A stretch of DNA of 64,000 nt from an uncultured Desulfurococcales archaeon (GTDB lineage Archaea > Thermoproteota > Thermoprotei_A > EX4484-217-1). The notes under the pieces were generated by a model, which saw only the letters and a program-made list of their open reading frames with translations, made no database searches and had not been told where the DNA came from. This document shows positions 28,075 through 37,905 of the stretch, in pieces. The position numbers and the translations under genes were made by a program. The stretch spans positions 1,248-65,247 of the forward strand of contig CAZGLL010000002.1 in assembly GCA_964526225.1 (NCBI GenBank). Direction: 5' to 3'. The first letter of the stretch is position 1. The number at the start of each line of letters is the position of its first letter.

Positions 28075-29403
28075 CTATTTCCTCCTCTTAATCGATATTA
28101 CTAAAACAAGTACCGCTAATAGTAACAATGCAAGCAATAATTGAGTATACGGTGTTCTGTTTTCTTCTACAAATTCTTCCAAATCAATTTCGAAACCCCC
28201 TTCCCCTTCTCTTAAGGAATAAAACAGTATTTGATTTAAACCGCTAATAACCAATAATTCACTAGATACCCATGCCATGTAAAATCCGTCAACATAGTCT
28301 TTACGAATTATTTGTCCCTCAGCATCGAAGAGATAGAGCATGTATTTTTCATTGAACTCTTGTGTAGTTATAGCTAATATTTGTCCTGAAGGGTTCCAGG
28401 ATAAATAGCTTATTAAACTATTAAACGTGGTTTTCCAAATAATGTTGCCTTGACTATCTATTACGGCAAGTTCGCTTAAAGATACATTATCGTAAGAGTA
28501 ACTTACGGCTGAAGATAAGTTGCCATTGGGGCTCCAGTCGAGTACTGCTGAAACATATGATACGTTACCGATATTTGAGGCAATAACGTTTCTTCCATTC
28601 AGTATCCCATTTCCATCGTAAATTCTTACTTCAGCTACTTTAGGAGTTACAAAGAGAATTGCTAATAATTCTCCGTTATGATCCCATTTAGCCACCAATA
28701 TGTGGGGCTCTTCTGGAGCTATTTCAAATAGCTTATTTTCCCAAAGCATTCTACCATCATAACTAAGCATAATGGCTTTACCTGTTACAGTAAATGTTTG
28801 TTTAGAAAATGTTAGAGCTAAAGCTGCAATACGATTACCATGATTATTCCAGCTAATCCACGTTATTGAGGTATTATCTATTTCCCTACTTTCCCATATT
28901 CTATCCGAGAAGTCGGGACTACAGGAAACTATTCTAACATTCTCTCTAGCAATATCGTGTATGGGGAAAGTTATTTGATTTCCCTCGGGATTCCATGAAA
29001 TAGGTCCGATGTTCTCGTAGGGTTTTGCAGAGAATTTCCCAATAATCTCTCCTTTAACAACATCGTAAACTGCTATGTCATAGTTTTCAAAACTATCCTC
29101 TACTCTAAACGCTAATAATCTACCATCGTTACTCCATAATGGATGAATAAAACCTTTAATTTTCTCCGAAACCCAAATCACACTGCCATTACTTGAGATA
29201 ATAGCTAGTTCCGAATAATACTTACCTACTAAAACGCTTCTCCAATACAGCCCTATGGCCAATAGCTTACTTTTCGAATTCCATACAGCATATGTATGTT
29301 CGGCATCGGTCTTTACAGTTCCAATCAAGCTTAAGGCAAAAAGTGGTTGGGGAAGTGTAAGTATAGCTACTAAAGCTAAAGCCAATATTTTCTTTAACAC
29401 CAT
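28075..29403 (-). CDS. seven-bladed beta-propeller surface protein (TolB/PD40-like repeats) with signal peptide and C-terminal TM anchor
   Basis: Seven 'W(N/S)P.G..LA' repeats, an N-terminal signal and the C-terminal anchor 'LLLALLLLAVLVLVISIKRRK'. Confidence 0.65.
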   Translation of the reverse strand: MVLKKILALALVAILTLPQPLFALSLIGTVKTDAEHTYAVWNSKSKLLAIGLYWRSVLVGKYYSELAIISSNGSVIWVSEKIKGFIHPLWSNDGRLLAFRVEDSFENYDIAVYDVVKGEIIGKFSAKPYENIGPISWNPEGNQITFPIHDIARENVRIVSCSPDFSDRIWESREIDNTSITWISWNNHGNRIAALALTFSKQTFTVTGKAIMLSYDGRMLWENKLFEIAPEEPHILVAKWDHNGELLAILFVTPKVAEVRIYDGNGILNGRNVIASNIGNVSYVSAVLDWSPNGNLSSAVSYSYDNVSLSELAVIDSQGNIIWKTTFNSLISYLSWNPSGQILAITTQEFNEKYMLYLFDAEGQIIRKDYVDGFYMAWVSSELLVISGLNQILFYSLREGEGGFEIDLEEFVEENRTPYTQLLLALLLLAVLVLVISIKRRK

Positions 29404-29489
29404 GGTTTCTCAACACTAACTAAACTCCTACACTACCGAAACATAAGGCTTATTAAATTTTAACTGTTCTTCGAAAATAGGGTTTAGCA

Positions 29490-31235
29490 ATGAATTTGTC
29501 CGAAATAGTAAGTATTTTGGAAGAAATAGTTAAAGCACCAACATACTACGTTACCGGAGCGATAAGCAAATACCTCATATACGTGTCAGACGAACAGGGA
29601 ATACTTGATCTTTGGAGCTTAAATATTGGAACTTATGAGAAAACAAGACTAACCGAAGGAGGAGTTCATTCAGTAGCGATTCCTCGTAGTGGAGCTTCAG
29701 TAGCTGTTTATACTATAGATGTGAGTGGTGGGAGAGAAATTCAGAAGATAAAAGCTATAACACCTACAGGGGATAAGGTTAAGCTTCCAAAGCATCCGTT
29801 AACTAGGGTTTTCGGAATAGCTTATGATAATGAAAAAATAGTTTATACTGGCTCTACCGAAAAGGAAATGGCATTATACAGTATTTGGTTTAGCGGTGAA
29901 GTAGAGAAACTCACGTCACTAAATGTTTTAGCTTTCGTAACAGATGTTGACGGAAAATACGTTGTAGGCTATGGCAATCTACATGGAAACCCTAGGTCAT
30001 CAGAGCTTTTCATATACGATATCGAATCTGAGGAAATGAGAATCTACACTCCAAGAAAAGGTAGTGTCAATAAGGAACCGAAAATCATGGGTTCCAAAGT
30101 TCTCTTCGAAACTAACGCTTTCGGTAAGGAAGGAGAACTTGTAATTTACGATGTTAAAAGTGAAAGCATGGTTAAGCCGAAGTTTAAATTTGAAGATTAT
30201 GACAAATTCGCGCCAGTAGAACATTCAAACTATGGCTGGACAGATGATGGGAAAATATGGGCTATAGGTAAGCGTAATGGAGTAACAAAAATTTTCATAG
30301 ACGGAAGGGAAATGCCTACGCCAGAAGGTTATACTTCAAATATAGCATTAGTTGGTAGCAAAATATACTTTGCACATTCATCATTAAAGGAACCATATAG
30401 AATATTTGAAGTAGATGTTAAAACTAGAAAAATGAAGGTAGTAGTTGATAATTCTATTTCAGCTAAGGTCAAAGAGAGGTTTGGAAAAGTAAGTTTCGTA
30501 AAATATAGGTCGTTTGATGGATTAGAAATTCCCGCTTACATAATTGAATCCTTAGCCGAGAGAAAACCAGGTCCCACAGCGGTTTACGTTCATGGAGGTC
30601 CTTGGTCGGAAGTACCTAATAAATGGAATGTCTTCATAGCGTCTCTTGCTGCTACAGGATTCCATGTAATAGCTCCTAACTTTAGAGGATCTACGGGGTA
30701 TGGTGAAAAGTTTAGACTTATGGACATAGGTGATCCTGGAGGAGGAGATCTAGAAGACGTTACTTATGCGGCAAAATATGTGAAGGAGAAAGGCATTGCA
30801 TCTAAAGTAGCAATAATGGGGTACAGCTATGGAGGGTTCATGACGTTCCTAGCGACAGTTAAGAAACCGGATGTATGGTGCTGTGGAGTTGCAGGAGCTG
30901 GAATTACTGATTGGGAGGAAATGTATGAGCTAAGCGATGCAATATTTAAGAAATTCATAGAAACACTCTTCAACAATAGGAAGAAGCTTCTTAAAGAGAG
31001 ATCAGCAATAACATACGTTGACAATCTCAAGGCACCGCTATGTATAATACATCCGCAAAACGATAGTAGAACACCCTTAAAACCTGTTCTAAAATATGTA
31101 AGCAAACTTCTTGAAAAGAATAAAAGCTTCGAACTTCACGTAGTCCCTGACGTTGGTCATGCAATTAGGAAAGTAAGTGATATAGCAAAAATTGTTTTAC
31201 CAGCAATAGTTTTCTTAAAGGAAAAAATGTGCTAA
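29490..31235 (+). CDS. S9-family serine peptidase (acylaminoacyl-peptidase / prolyl oligopeptidase-like)
   Basis: 581 aa with an N-terminal propeller domain, 'GYSYGG' nucleophile elbow and 'DVGHA'. Confidence 0.85.
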   Translation: MNLSEIVSILEEIVKAPTYYVTGAISKYLIYVSDEQGILDLWSLNIGTYEKTRLTEGGVHSVAIPRSGASVAVYTIDVSGGREIQKIKAITPTGDKVKLPKHPLTRVFGIAYDNEKIVYTGSTEKEMALYSIWFSGEVEKLTSLNVLAFVTDVDGKYVVGYGNLHGNPRSSELFIYDIESEEMRIYTPRKGSVNKEPKIMGSKVLFETNAFGKEGELVIYDVKSESMVKPKFKFEDYDKFAPVEHSNYGWTDDGKIWAIGKRNGVTKIFIDGREMPTPEGYTSNIALVGSKIYFAHSSLKEPYRIFEVDVKTRKMKVVVDNSISAKVKERFGKVSFVKYRSFDGLEIPAYIIESLAERKPGPTAVYVHGGPWSEVPNKWNVFIASLAATGFHVIAPNFRGSTGYGEKFRLMDIGDPGGGDLEDVTYAAKYVKEKGIASKVAIMGYSYGGFMTFLATVKKPDVWCCGVAGAGITDWEEMYELSDAIFKKFIETLFNNRKKLLKERSAITYVDNLKAPLCIIHPQNDSRTPLKPVLKYVSKLLEKNKSFELHVVPDVGHAIRKVSDIAKIVLPAIVFLKEKMC

Positions 31236-31243
31236 TTAATTGT

Positions 31244-31981
31244 TTAACTAACTATTTTTTCAACTTCCAATTCTTTCCAGCCAGCTTTAGCCATTGCTTC
31301 CATAGCTATTTTCTCCGCTTCGCTTAAACTTATTTTCTCAGCATACTTTTCAGCAACATACGAGAGTATCCTATTATACCCCTTACCCCAACATACAACA
31401 TCATACTCTGAAATTGTTCCGCTAGGTTCTATAGTATATACCTTGGGTTCTTCCTCTATACCTCCAACTACAAAGAATACACCAAGAGGTCTAACATCGC
31501 TTCTAATAGCATGTTCCTCGAAGACTCTAGAGATGTCTTTAGCAACATTCCATGGACTTTTCTGAGGCCTTATTTTGGAATAAACGAATTCAGCATCTCC
31601 ACCTAATCCCGTAAACCCCACTAAAACATCTCCTATCCTTCTAATTTTTGAGGGCCCTTTTCTAGAAATGCCCATGTAGGCTTTAGGCTTACCCGCAACC
31701 ATTAAAACACCATTTTTAGCTTTAATCGCCAATATTGGTGCTCCATGTTTAGCAGCTTCCAGAGCATACTCTAACTGCAGAACTCTTCCTTCAGGTGAAA
31801 ACATGTTTCCAACATCATAACCTCTACCAGTTGCTGTTGGAAGAATATTTAGAAAGTATATCAATGCCGCCCTAACAACCTCCGCTTTGCTTGAAAAGAG
31901 TCCTGTAGAAACTATTCCTTCAAGAACCCTATCTAGTTCATCGGGTATTACAATACGTACTTCATGCATAATATCCACCAA
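31244..31981 (-). CDS. fusion of an N-terminal ribbon-helix-helix (CopG-like) module to a compact proteasome alpha-type (non-catalytic) domain
   Basis: Residues 8–45 'VRIVIPDELDRVLEGIVSTGLFSSKAEVVRAALIYFL' follow an RHH pattern. Residues 54–245 include 'YDVGNMFSPEGRVLQLEYALEAAKHG', 'ILAIKAKNGVLMVAGKPK' and 'RPLGVFFVVGGIEE', which is an alpha-type N-terminus. Confidence 0.65.
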   Translation of the reverse strand: MVDIMHEVRIVIPDELDRVLEGIVSTGLFSSKAEVVRAALIYFLNILPTATGRGYDVGNMFSPEGRVLQLEYALEAAKHGAPILAIKAKNGVLMVAGKPKAYMGISRKGPSKIRRIGDVLVGFTGLGGDAEFVYSKIRPQKSPWNVAKDISRVFEEHAIRSDVRPLGVFFVVGGIEEEPKVYTIEPSGTISEYDVVCWGKGYNRILSYVAEKYAEKISLSEAEKIAMEAMAKAGWKELEVEKIVS

Positions 31982-32037
31982 ACCTCCTTTTTCTACCTAT
32001 AAAATATACAGAAAAGATACATAAATTTTCCGGAGAA

Positions 32038-32790
32038 TCAGTAGTTACCATGTATTTTCTTTATAGCTTCTAAAGCTATTTTTGCCTCTAATCTTATTGC
32101 TTCAGCTATTTCCTCAGAATATTCTCTTCCTCTAAATCCTCCTTTAACTGCCTTCCCTGTTCCTTCAGGAATATTTCCGTCAACAACAAGTATTGCTCCG
32201 GCTTTAACACCTTTAAGTTGAGCTAATGTGAATATTGTTGATGATTCCATTTCTATAGCGATAGCTCCCCTGCTGGCCCAATACATCATTTTTTCCATTT
32301 CAACATAGAATGCGTCATCTGAAACAATGATTCCACTATAAACCTTTAGTTTACTTTGCTTTTCAGCTTCCTCCTTCAGTACTGAATATATTTCTGGTGT
32401 AGCTACAGCGGGAAACTCGGAATCAACATACCTTTTAGTTACGCCATCCATTCTCACAGCAGCATATGGGATGATGATTGATGGAACCTCTATACCCTTT
32501 CTTAAAGCTCCACATGTACCTACCCTAATGAACACTTTAGCACCAACCATTAGCAACTCTTCAAAAGCTATTGCTGCTGAAGGACCACCTATACCTGTCG
32601 ATGCAACAGAAACCGTTACACCACCATACTTTCCCGTATAAACAAAGAACTCCCTATTAGCTGAAACGAGCTTAGATTCATCCATTAACTCGGCTATGAG
32701 CTTTGCTCTCCTAGGATCGCCTGGAAGTAAAACATATTCTCCAATATCACCTTTCTTCAGAAGTAAATGGGGTGTTATATATTCGCTCAA
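32038..32790 (-). CDS. nucleoside phosphorylase, PNP/UDP family (DeoD/Udp/MTAP-type)
   Basis: 250 aa with 'LLPGDPRRA' and 'VASTGIGGPSAAIA' motifs. Confidence 0.8.
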   Translation of the reverse strand: MSEYITPHLLLKKGDIGEYVLLPGDPRRAKLIAELMDESKLVSANREFFVYTGKYGGVTVSVASTGIGGPSAAIAFEELLMVGAKVFIRVGTCGALRKGIEVPSIIIPYAAVRMDGVTKRYVDSEFPAVATPEIYSVLKEEAEKQSKLKVYSGIIVSDDAFYVEMEKMMYWASRGAIAIEMESSTIFTLAQLKGVKAGAILVVDGNIPEGTGKAVKGGFRGREYSEEIAEAIRLEAKIALEAIKKIHGNY

Positions 32791-32814
32791 GGTAGAACAT
32801 AACCTCCATGAAGC

Positions 32815-33342
32815 TTATTTTAGAAGCTTATTCCCATAAGTATTCATGTACACTATTTCTTCGAGACTTTTTCTAGGTCTAGGTTTAGGTTTTTCGTCAG
32901 GCCATCCTAAGGCTAAAATAGCTATTGGTATTTTTCCCTCTGGAATTTTTAGTATCTCCCTTATCTCATCAACATTTCTAAGGGCTTGAATCCAAACCGT
33001 TCCTAACCCTAAAGCATGTGCTGCAAGCATAATGTATATCGTTGCGTTTGCGCAATCAACTTGATATGATGTTGGCGAGACATTTCCATCGCAAACAACA
33101 ACTATAGCTATTGGAGCTTTCCTTATTGGTGATGCCCACATATGTATTCTACTTAGCTTCTCTTTTACAGCTTCATCAGTTACAACTATGAACTCCCATG
33201 GCTGAAAATTTTTGGCGCTAGGAGCATATCTTGCAACATCAAGTATTTTCAAAACCAAGTCTAGGCTGACAGGTTCCTTCTTAAACTTCCTAATACTTCT
33301 CCTTGATAGCAGAAACTTTAAGAAATCATTGTTCTCATACAT
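32815..33342 (-). CDS. nitroreductase family protein
   Basis: 'RRSIRKF…APSAKNFQPWEFIVV' is the classic nitroreductase N-terminus. Confidence 0.8.
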   Translation of the reverse strand: MYENNDFLKFLLSRRSIRKFKKEPVSLDLVLKILDVARYAPSAKNFQPWEFIVVTDEAVKEKLSRIHMWASPIRKAPIAIVVVCDGNVSPTSYQVDCANATIYIMLAAHALGLGTVWIQALRNVDEIREILKIPEGKIPIAILALGWPDEKPKPRPRKSLEEIVYMNTYGNKLLK

Positions 33343-33399
33343 TCTTACACCTTAAGAAAATATTTTCCCTAAAAACACTATAAACATTTATTAGGAGTA

Positions 33400-34116
33400 A
33401 TGCTTATGACACTGGAAATAACGTACATTTATCATAACTGCTTCATAATAAAGTGGAATGATGAATCGATAATCTTTGACTACCCAGAAATACTTAGCGC
33501 TGAGGAGGAAGACTTCATTAGAAAAGAAGTAGCAAATAAGGAGCTCGGCATCTTAATTTCCCATTCACATTTCGACCATTTTTCGGAGAAATTCTTGGAT
33601 CTACGATTAGTAGCTAAAAGGTTTACATGTGCAGTATCATTTGATGTAGCTAAAAAATCAAGCAAATGTGCTAAGGAATGCCTTGTAATAAATGAGGGAG
33701 CAATGTTTAAAATATTGGATGCCGAAGTCAAAGCCTATGGTAGTAGTGATTTAGGTGTTTCATATCTTCTAAGAATAGGTGATTTCAGCATTTATTTTGC
33801 AGGGGATAATGCTGATTGGAGAAGGAAGGAGCTTCCACCGCAAATAAACAGGTTAGTATGGGATGTATTCTCAAAAACTATAGGCAAAATAAGGGCTGAA
33901 TATGGAAAAATAGATATCGTATTTATTGATTTATGTGAAATCTGCGAAAATTTAGGAGGAATACTTTACATAGTAAATACTCTGAAGCCTAAGCTAGTAG
34001 TTCCAATGCATTTCCATGGAAACACTAAGTTACTGAAGAGGATAATGAAAATGCTTAGTTTAAACGCAAAAGTATTTCTCTACGATAAATTAGGTGATAA
34101 AATAATGTATTCTTAA
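33400..34116 (+). CDS. MBL-fold metallo-hydrolase
   Basis: 'ISHSHFDHF' matches the HxHxDH zinc motif, in 238 aa. Confidence 0.6.
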   Translation: MLMTLEITYIYHNCFIIKWNDESIIFDYPEILSAEEEDFIRKEVANKELGILISHSHFDHFSEKFLDLRLVAKRFTCAVSFDVAKKSSKCAKECLVINEGAMFKILDAEVKAYGSSDLGVSYLLRIGDFSIYFAGDNADWRRKELPPQINRLVWDVFSKTIGKIRAEYGKIDIVFIDLCEICENLGGILYIVNTLKPKLVVPMHFHGNTKLLKRIMKMLSLNAKVFLYDKLGDKIMYS

Positions 34117-34155
34117 GGTAGAATAAGTCGAACATTTGGAAACTATTAGAATAGA

Positions 34156-34773
34156 TTAAATTCTAATGTATTTTACAGTGTTCTCCTCTAAATTCGCAGT
34201 ATACCTGTATATTTTGCGTTGTAGTAGAAGTGTCCCTACATTTACCTTGTTAGTTAATGTTTGTGCCGAATGCTTAAGTATATGAGTTATTGCTAAAATC
34301 ATTTCCCTATACGTCATGTTAGAACTGTAAAGTTCAGCGTGAAGCCTTAAGGCTTCATCAAAACATGCTTTTTTAGCATGTTTCAAAGTAGCCATTCCCT
34401 GAGATACAAGGGAATAGACAATTAAAGCCATAAGATAGCCTGTTATGAGAGGAATGTTTGCTATGTTTGAAATTATTGTAGCAACGAATATTATTAGAGC
34501 AGCGATTAAGCCTATGATGTTCGCTATATTTCTTGAGCATTCGTAAGCTAATGTGAGAACTATTTTCGTAATGTCTTCTTCATCAATTACCTCTTTAGGA
34601 TCAATGTTTAAAGTTATTTTTACTTTCCTACTAAATGGTAATGATGATACAGAGCATCTTTTTCTATTTGTCTTATAAACTATGATTATTTCCTTTGCAG
34701 AAGAAAATTTTCGGTGAAAAGCTTTAACTGTTTTGAGTACTGCTTTAGGCTTAATTTTACCCAGCGTAAACAC
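34156..34773 (-). CDS. hypothetical membrane protein
   Basis: 205 aa with central TM helices. Confidence 0.45.
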   Translation of the reverse strand: MFTLGKIKPKAVLKTVKAFHRKFSSAKEIIIVYKTNRKRCSVSSLPFSRKVKITLNIDPKEVIDEEDITKIVLTLAYECSRNIANIIGLIAALIIFVATIISNIANIPLITGYLMALIVYSLVSQGMATLKHAKKACFDEALRLHAELYSSNMTYREMILAITHILKHSAQTLTNKVNVGTLLLQRKIYRYTANLEENTVKYIRI

Positions 34774-34778
34774 CTTCG

Positions 34779-35470
34779 CTAGTACTTACCTACTATTACG
34801 TAAATATTAGACCATTTCATACCTTTTTCTTTAGCGTATTTTAGAAGTTGGAAAAGCCTCCTAATATACTCCTCTCTTACACCAAGCTTTCTCCATTCTT
34901 CAGAATCTCTAATGAATATTTCATTTAGAACTTTACTGGGAATTTTAGCTTTCCACTTAACAATTTTTGTTCTCGACGTTTCGAAGCCTACCTTTTCAAT
35001 TAACTTAACCCAATATTTTAATGGCTTGTACTCTTCAAATAACCCTATGCTCCTCATAGCGCTTTTCCAGAGCTTAGCATACTCATTATAGACTTTACAG
35101 CCTCTAGGGGAAGGCTCAATAATAACTATTTCGGAGGAAACATTTTTAGCCACGCTAATAGCATCAATGTGATATTTAGGGTTTATTTCGTGGAGGATAA
35201 ATGAGAAAACGGAGATATCAGCTATTTTTCTTCTAAACGGGAACTTCAGAATATCGCACTTAATAAGGGAAATGCTGAGGCTAGAATATTTAACGATTTT
35301 TCAATATCGTTGTCAACACCTATAACTTTAGCTCCAAGTTTAACAAGTATTTCAGTAGATTCGCCAATACCGAAGTCTAAAATAACCTTACCCTTAACAT
35401 TAATTGTTGACCATATTACTCGAAGAACTCTCTCTTTATCCATGAAATAACTTAGATCATTATTCTTCAT
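34779..35470 (-). pseudogene. class-I SAM-dependent methyltransferase disrupted by a +1 frameshift near 35245–35255
   Basis: The 74-aa ORF (35246–35470) carries motif I 'VILDFGIGESTEIL' and motif II 'VIGVDND'. The 124-aa ORF's frame extends upstream as '…KFPFRRKIADISVFSFILHEINPKYHIDAISVAKNV'. Together they form a single methyltransferase across one frame change. Confidence 0.55.
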
Positions 35471-35737
35471 AAGAACTTTTCACCGTAAATTAATGTACAG
35501 TATAAATGTAAGTAAACTTATGGATAGGAGGATTCTTGGAAAGCTTACATTAATTTAGAGGAATTTCGTTTAGAACTGTATATTATTTCTCAAATCTATG
35601 CGCTTTAACATCCTTCCTTTACATCATTAATAGAATTTCTTATATTTCATTATTGTTTATGCTATTTTCCTGCTAAATAGTTAGAAATATGTTGTTTTCT
35701 AGTTAAAATATAGTTTGTAGGAAATGAGGTAGGTATA

Positions 35738-36664
35738 GTGGTTTCAGAAAAATTTATTGCCGCAATTGCCATAACAGTGTTTGTAGTATTGTTTTCAATA
35801 ATTTATGCCACTAACTTGCTAAGGGGAAGTGCTGAAGAGAAATATTATGAGGCTATAAAGCGCTACATAAGTTTGACCAAGGATTTCACTAAATTTATTA
35901 GTATAGAAAAATACAATCCCGTTCGCATAAAATTTCATAGTCCAATAAGTAATGTGACTGTTAAGTTAGAACTTTATCTTTTAGACTTCAATAAGCGTTT
36001 AAATAAGTCTCTATCTTTTCATGAGAAAACTGAAGCCACATGTATTTTAAACACTAGCATGATAGGCGAGTCTCTCCTCTGGGTAACTGTAATTCTTCCT
36101 GAAAAGTTAAGATATATTAATATACCTTATAATTGGGGGATGCTACATAAAGCAAGTGAAAAGTTAATTACTGAAGCTAAAAACACATATTATGGATTAA
36201 GGATAGAGGGTGGAGATTATCAAGAAGATCGCGGAATTATAGATCTCATAGATCCTTCCAATCCATATTACCATTATCACTTAGTATTTAAGAAGCACAA
36301 TAGAACATCAACAGAGATAGTATTGGAGATGGTGTTTCATAAAGACATAAAGTATAGTTCAGATATGCATGGTGAAATAAGTGTTAGCATCGTTAACGCT
36401 AGTCGAGGAGAAATAGTGTTTGCAATAGATTACCCTCTTTCAGTTGAGTCTTTAGTAAGCGTAAGCATTGATAACTACCCTATAGCATCGCTAAAGTGGG
36501 TTATCAATAATACGTTAATACGTGAAGGCTTAAACGTAGTAAGTCTTAGGTCTGTAACCAAAGCGTCTCAGCTAGCTAGCGGTGAACACATAGTCGCTGT
36601 GAAGTTAATGACAGAGAACGGGAAAACAATTTATGAAGTAGAAAGGAGAATTACTATTACTTAA
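35738..36664 (+). CDS. secreted hypothetical protein
   Basis: N-terminal TM/signal 'FIAAIAITVFVVLFSIIYA', 308 aa. Confidence 0.5.
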   Translation: MVSEKFIAAIAITVFVVLFSIIYATNLLRGSAEEKYYEAIKRYISLTKDFTKFISIEKYNPVRIKFHSPISNVTVKLELYLLDFNKRLNKSLSFHEKTEATCILNTSMIGESLLWVTVILPEKLRYINIPYNWGMLHKASEKLITEAKNTYYGLRIEGGDYQEDRGIIDLIDPSNPYYHYHLVFKKHNRTSTEIVLEMVFHKDIKYSSDMHGEISVSIVNASRGEIVFAIDYPLSVESLVSVSIDNYPIASLKWVINNTLIREGLNVVSLRSVTKASQLASGEHIVAVKLMTENGKTIYEVERRITIT

Positions 36665-36735
36665 ATGTACAATTATTCTAACTAATATTACTCTTAGATA
36701 AGTTAACGTGTAAAATACTTATAAAAATAGGTGGC

Positions 36736-37263
36736 TTGGATAAAATAGTGGTAATAACTATGGAAATCACTTTAAAACCTATAGGAATGATTCATGTTGA
36801 TAAGAGCGATGAAGAAGTTAAAAATAGTTGGGAAGGAGTTGAAGGAGTTGTTGAGGTGTTTCAAGAGTATGAAGAAGGGTTAGAGGGTATTGAAGGTTTT
36901 TCTCACATAATTTTGATTGTGTTTCTTCATAAAACTACTGAGGAGCATAGAAGGGTTCTTAAGGTTAAGCATAGGAGACTTAGAAGATTTGGTATTGAAA
37001 TAGACGATATTCCTGAAGTTGGTGTTTTTTGCACGGATTCCCCTCATAGGCCTAACCCTATAGGTTTAAGTATTGTCGAACTTGTTAAAAGGGAGGGTAG
37101 GTTTCTCCATGTTAGAGGGCTTGACTTATTCGATGGAACACCCGTTTTAGACATTAAAGCCTACACTAGGGACAGAATTGTTGAGGAAATAAGGGTTCCA
37201 TGGTGGGTTGAGGTTTTAGAAAGGAGGGTTATGGAGAAAATGGGTAAGCGTTTACCTATTTGA
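36736..37263 (+). CDS. tsaA: tRNA-Thr(GGU) m6t6A37 methyltransferase TsaA/TrmO (YaeB-like)
   Basis: 'GVFCTDSPHRPNPIGLSIVELV' is the diagnostic TsaA motif. Confidence 0.75.
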   Translation: MDKIVVITMEITLKPIGMIHVDKSDEEVKNSWEGVEGVVEVFQEYEEGLEGIEGFSHIILIVFLHKTTEEHRRVLKVKHRRLRRFGIEIDDIPEVGVFCTDSPHRPNPIGLSIVELVKREGRFLHVRGLDLFDGTPVLDIKAYTRDRIVEEIRVPWWVEVLERRVMEKMGKRLPI

Positions 37264-37827
37264 ATCCCTACCTATGTTAGCAAATATTATCTCTAATGCT
37301 CTGCGGATCCTTTTTGAAGGATCATCTGCTACACCTATGAAGTAAACTTTGCTTCCGAAAAGCTCTAGATGCTGAAGAATTGTTTCGTAATGAACTCTTC
37401 TCGCATAATCTAGGTTTTCCCATCTTTCCCTATCTGTAAAGTATTCATTTAGCTCGTCAGTAATTAGTACAATGTCGACTTTGTCTTTAAAGCTTAGTAA
37501 ATACTGAACCCACTTTCTGGGTAATTCAACATTATCCACTTTACAATATGAAAGAGCAAGGAAAGGTCCACCATCTTCCAGTACGAAATCGTAGCTTCCA
37601 AGCTTAGAATATTCTGAAGCATGTCTCTTAATAACCTCTATTTCGAAGGCAACTCTGTTTTTCCAGGGTAAAATGTTTCCTCCAGTTTCTTTCTGTTCTC
37701 TAATGATTTCTCTTGCCCAATCCTTTATGACATATACTGAGTATCCTCTCTTAGAAAGTTCCTTCTTAAGATTATTTACTAGAGTTGTTTTCCCTGTGCA
37801 TGGGCCTCCGGCAACTATTATGTGCAC
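37252..37827 (-). CDS. P-loop AAA-family ATPase/kinase (NadR-C / AAA_28-like)
   Basis: 'IIVAGGPCTGKTTL' Walker A, in 191 aa. Confidence 0.6.
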   Translation of the reverse strand: MHIIVAGGPCTGKTTLVNNLKKELSKRGYSVYVIKDWAREIIREQKETGGNILPWKNRVAFEIEVIKRHASEYSKLGSYDFVLEDGGPFLALSYCKVDNVELPRKWVQYLLSFKDKVDIVLITDELNEYFTDRERWENLDYARRVHYETILQHLELFGSKVYFIGVADDPSKRIRRALEIIFANIGRDSNR

Positions 37828-37905
37828 TCCGAAGCCCTAACAGTGTTTTAAGGATTTGAGGGGGAATTAATGTTTTCGACAAATAAGCTCTTATCTTTCT
37901 TTTAA

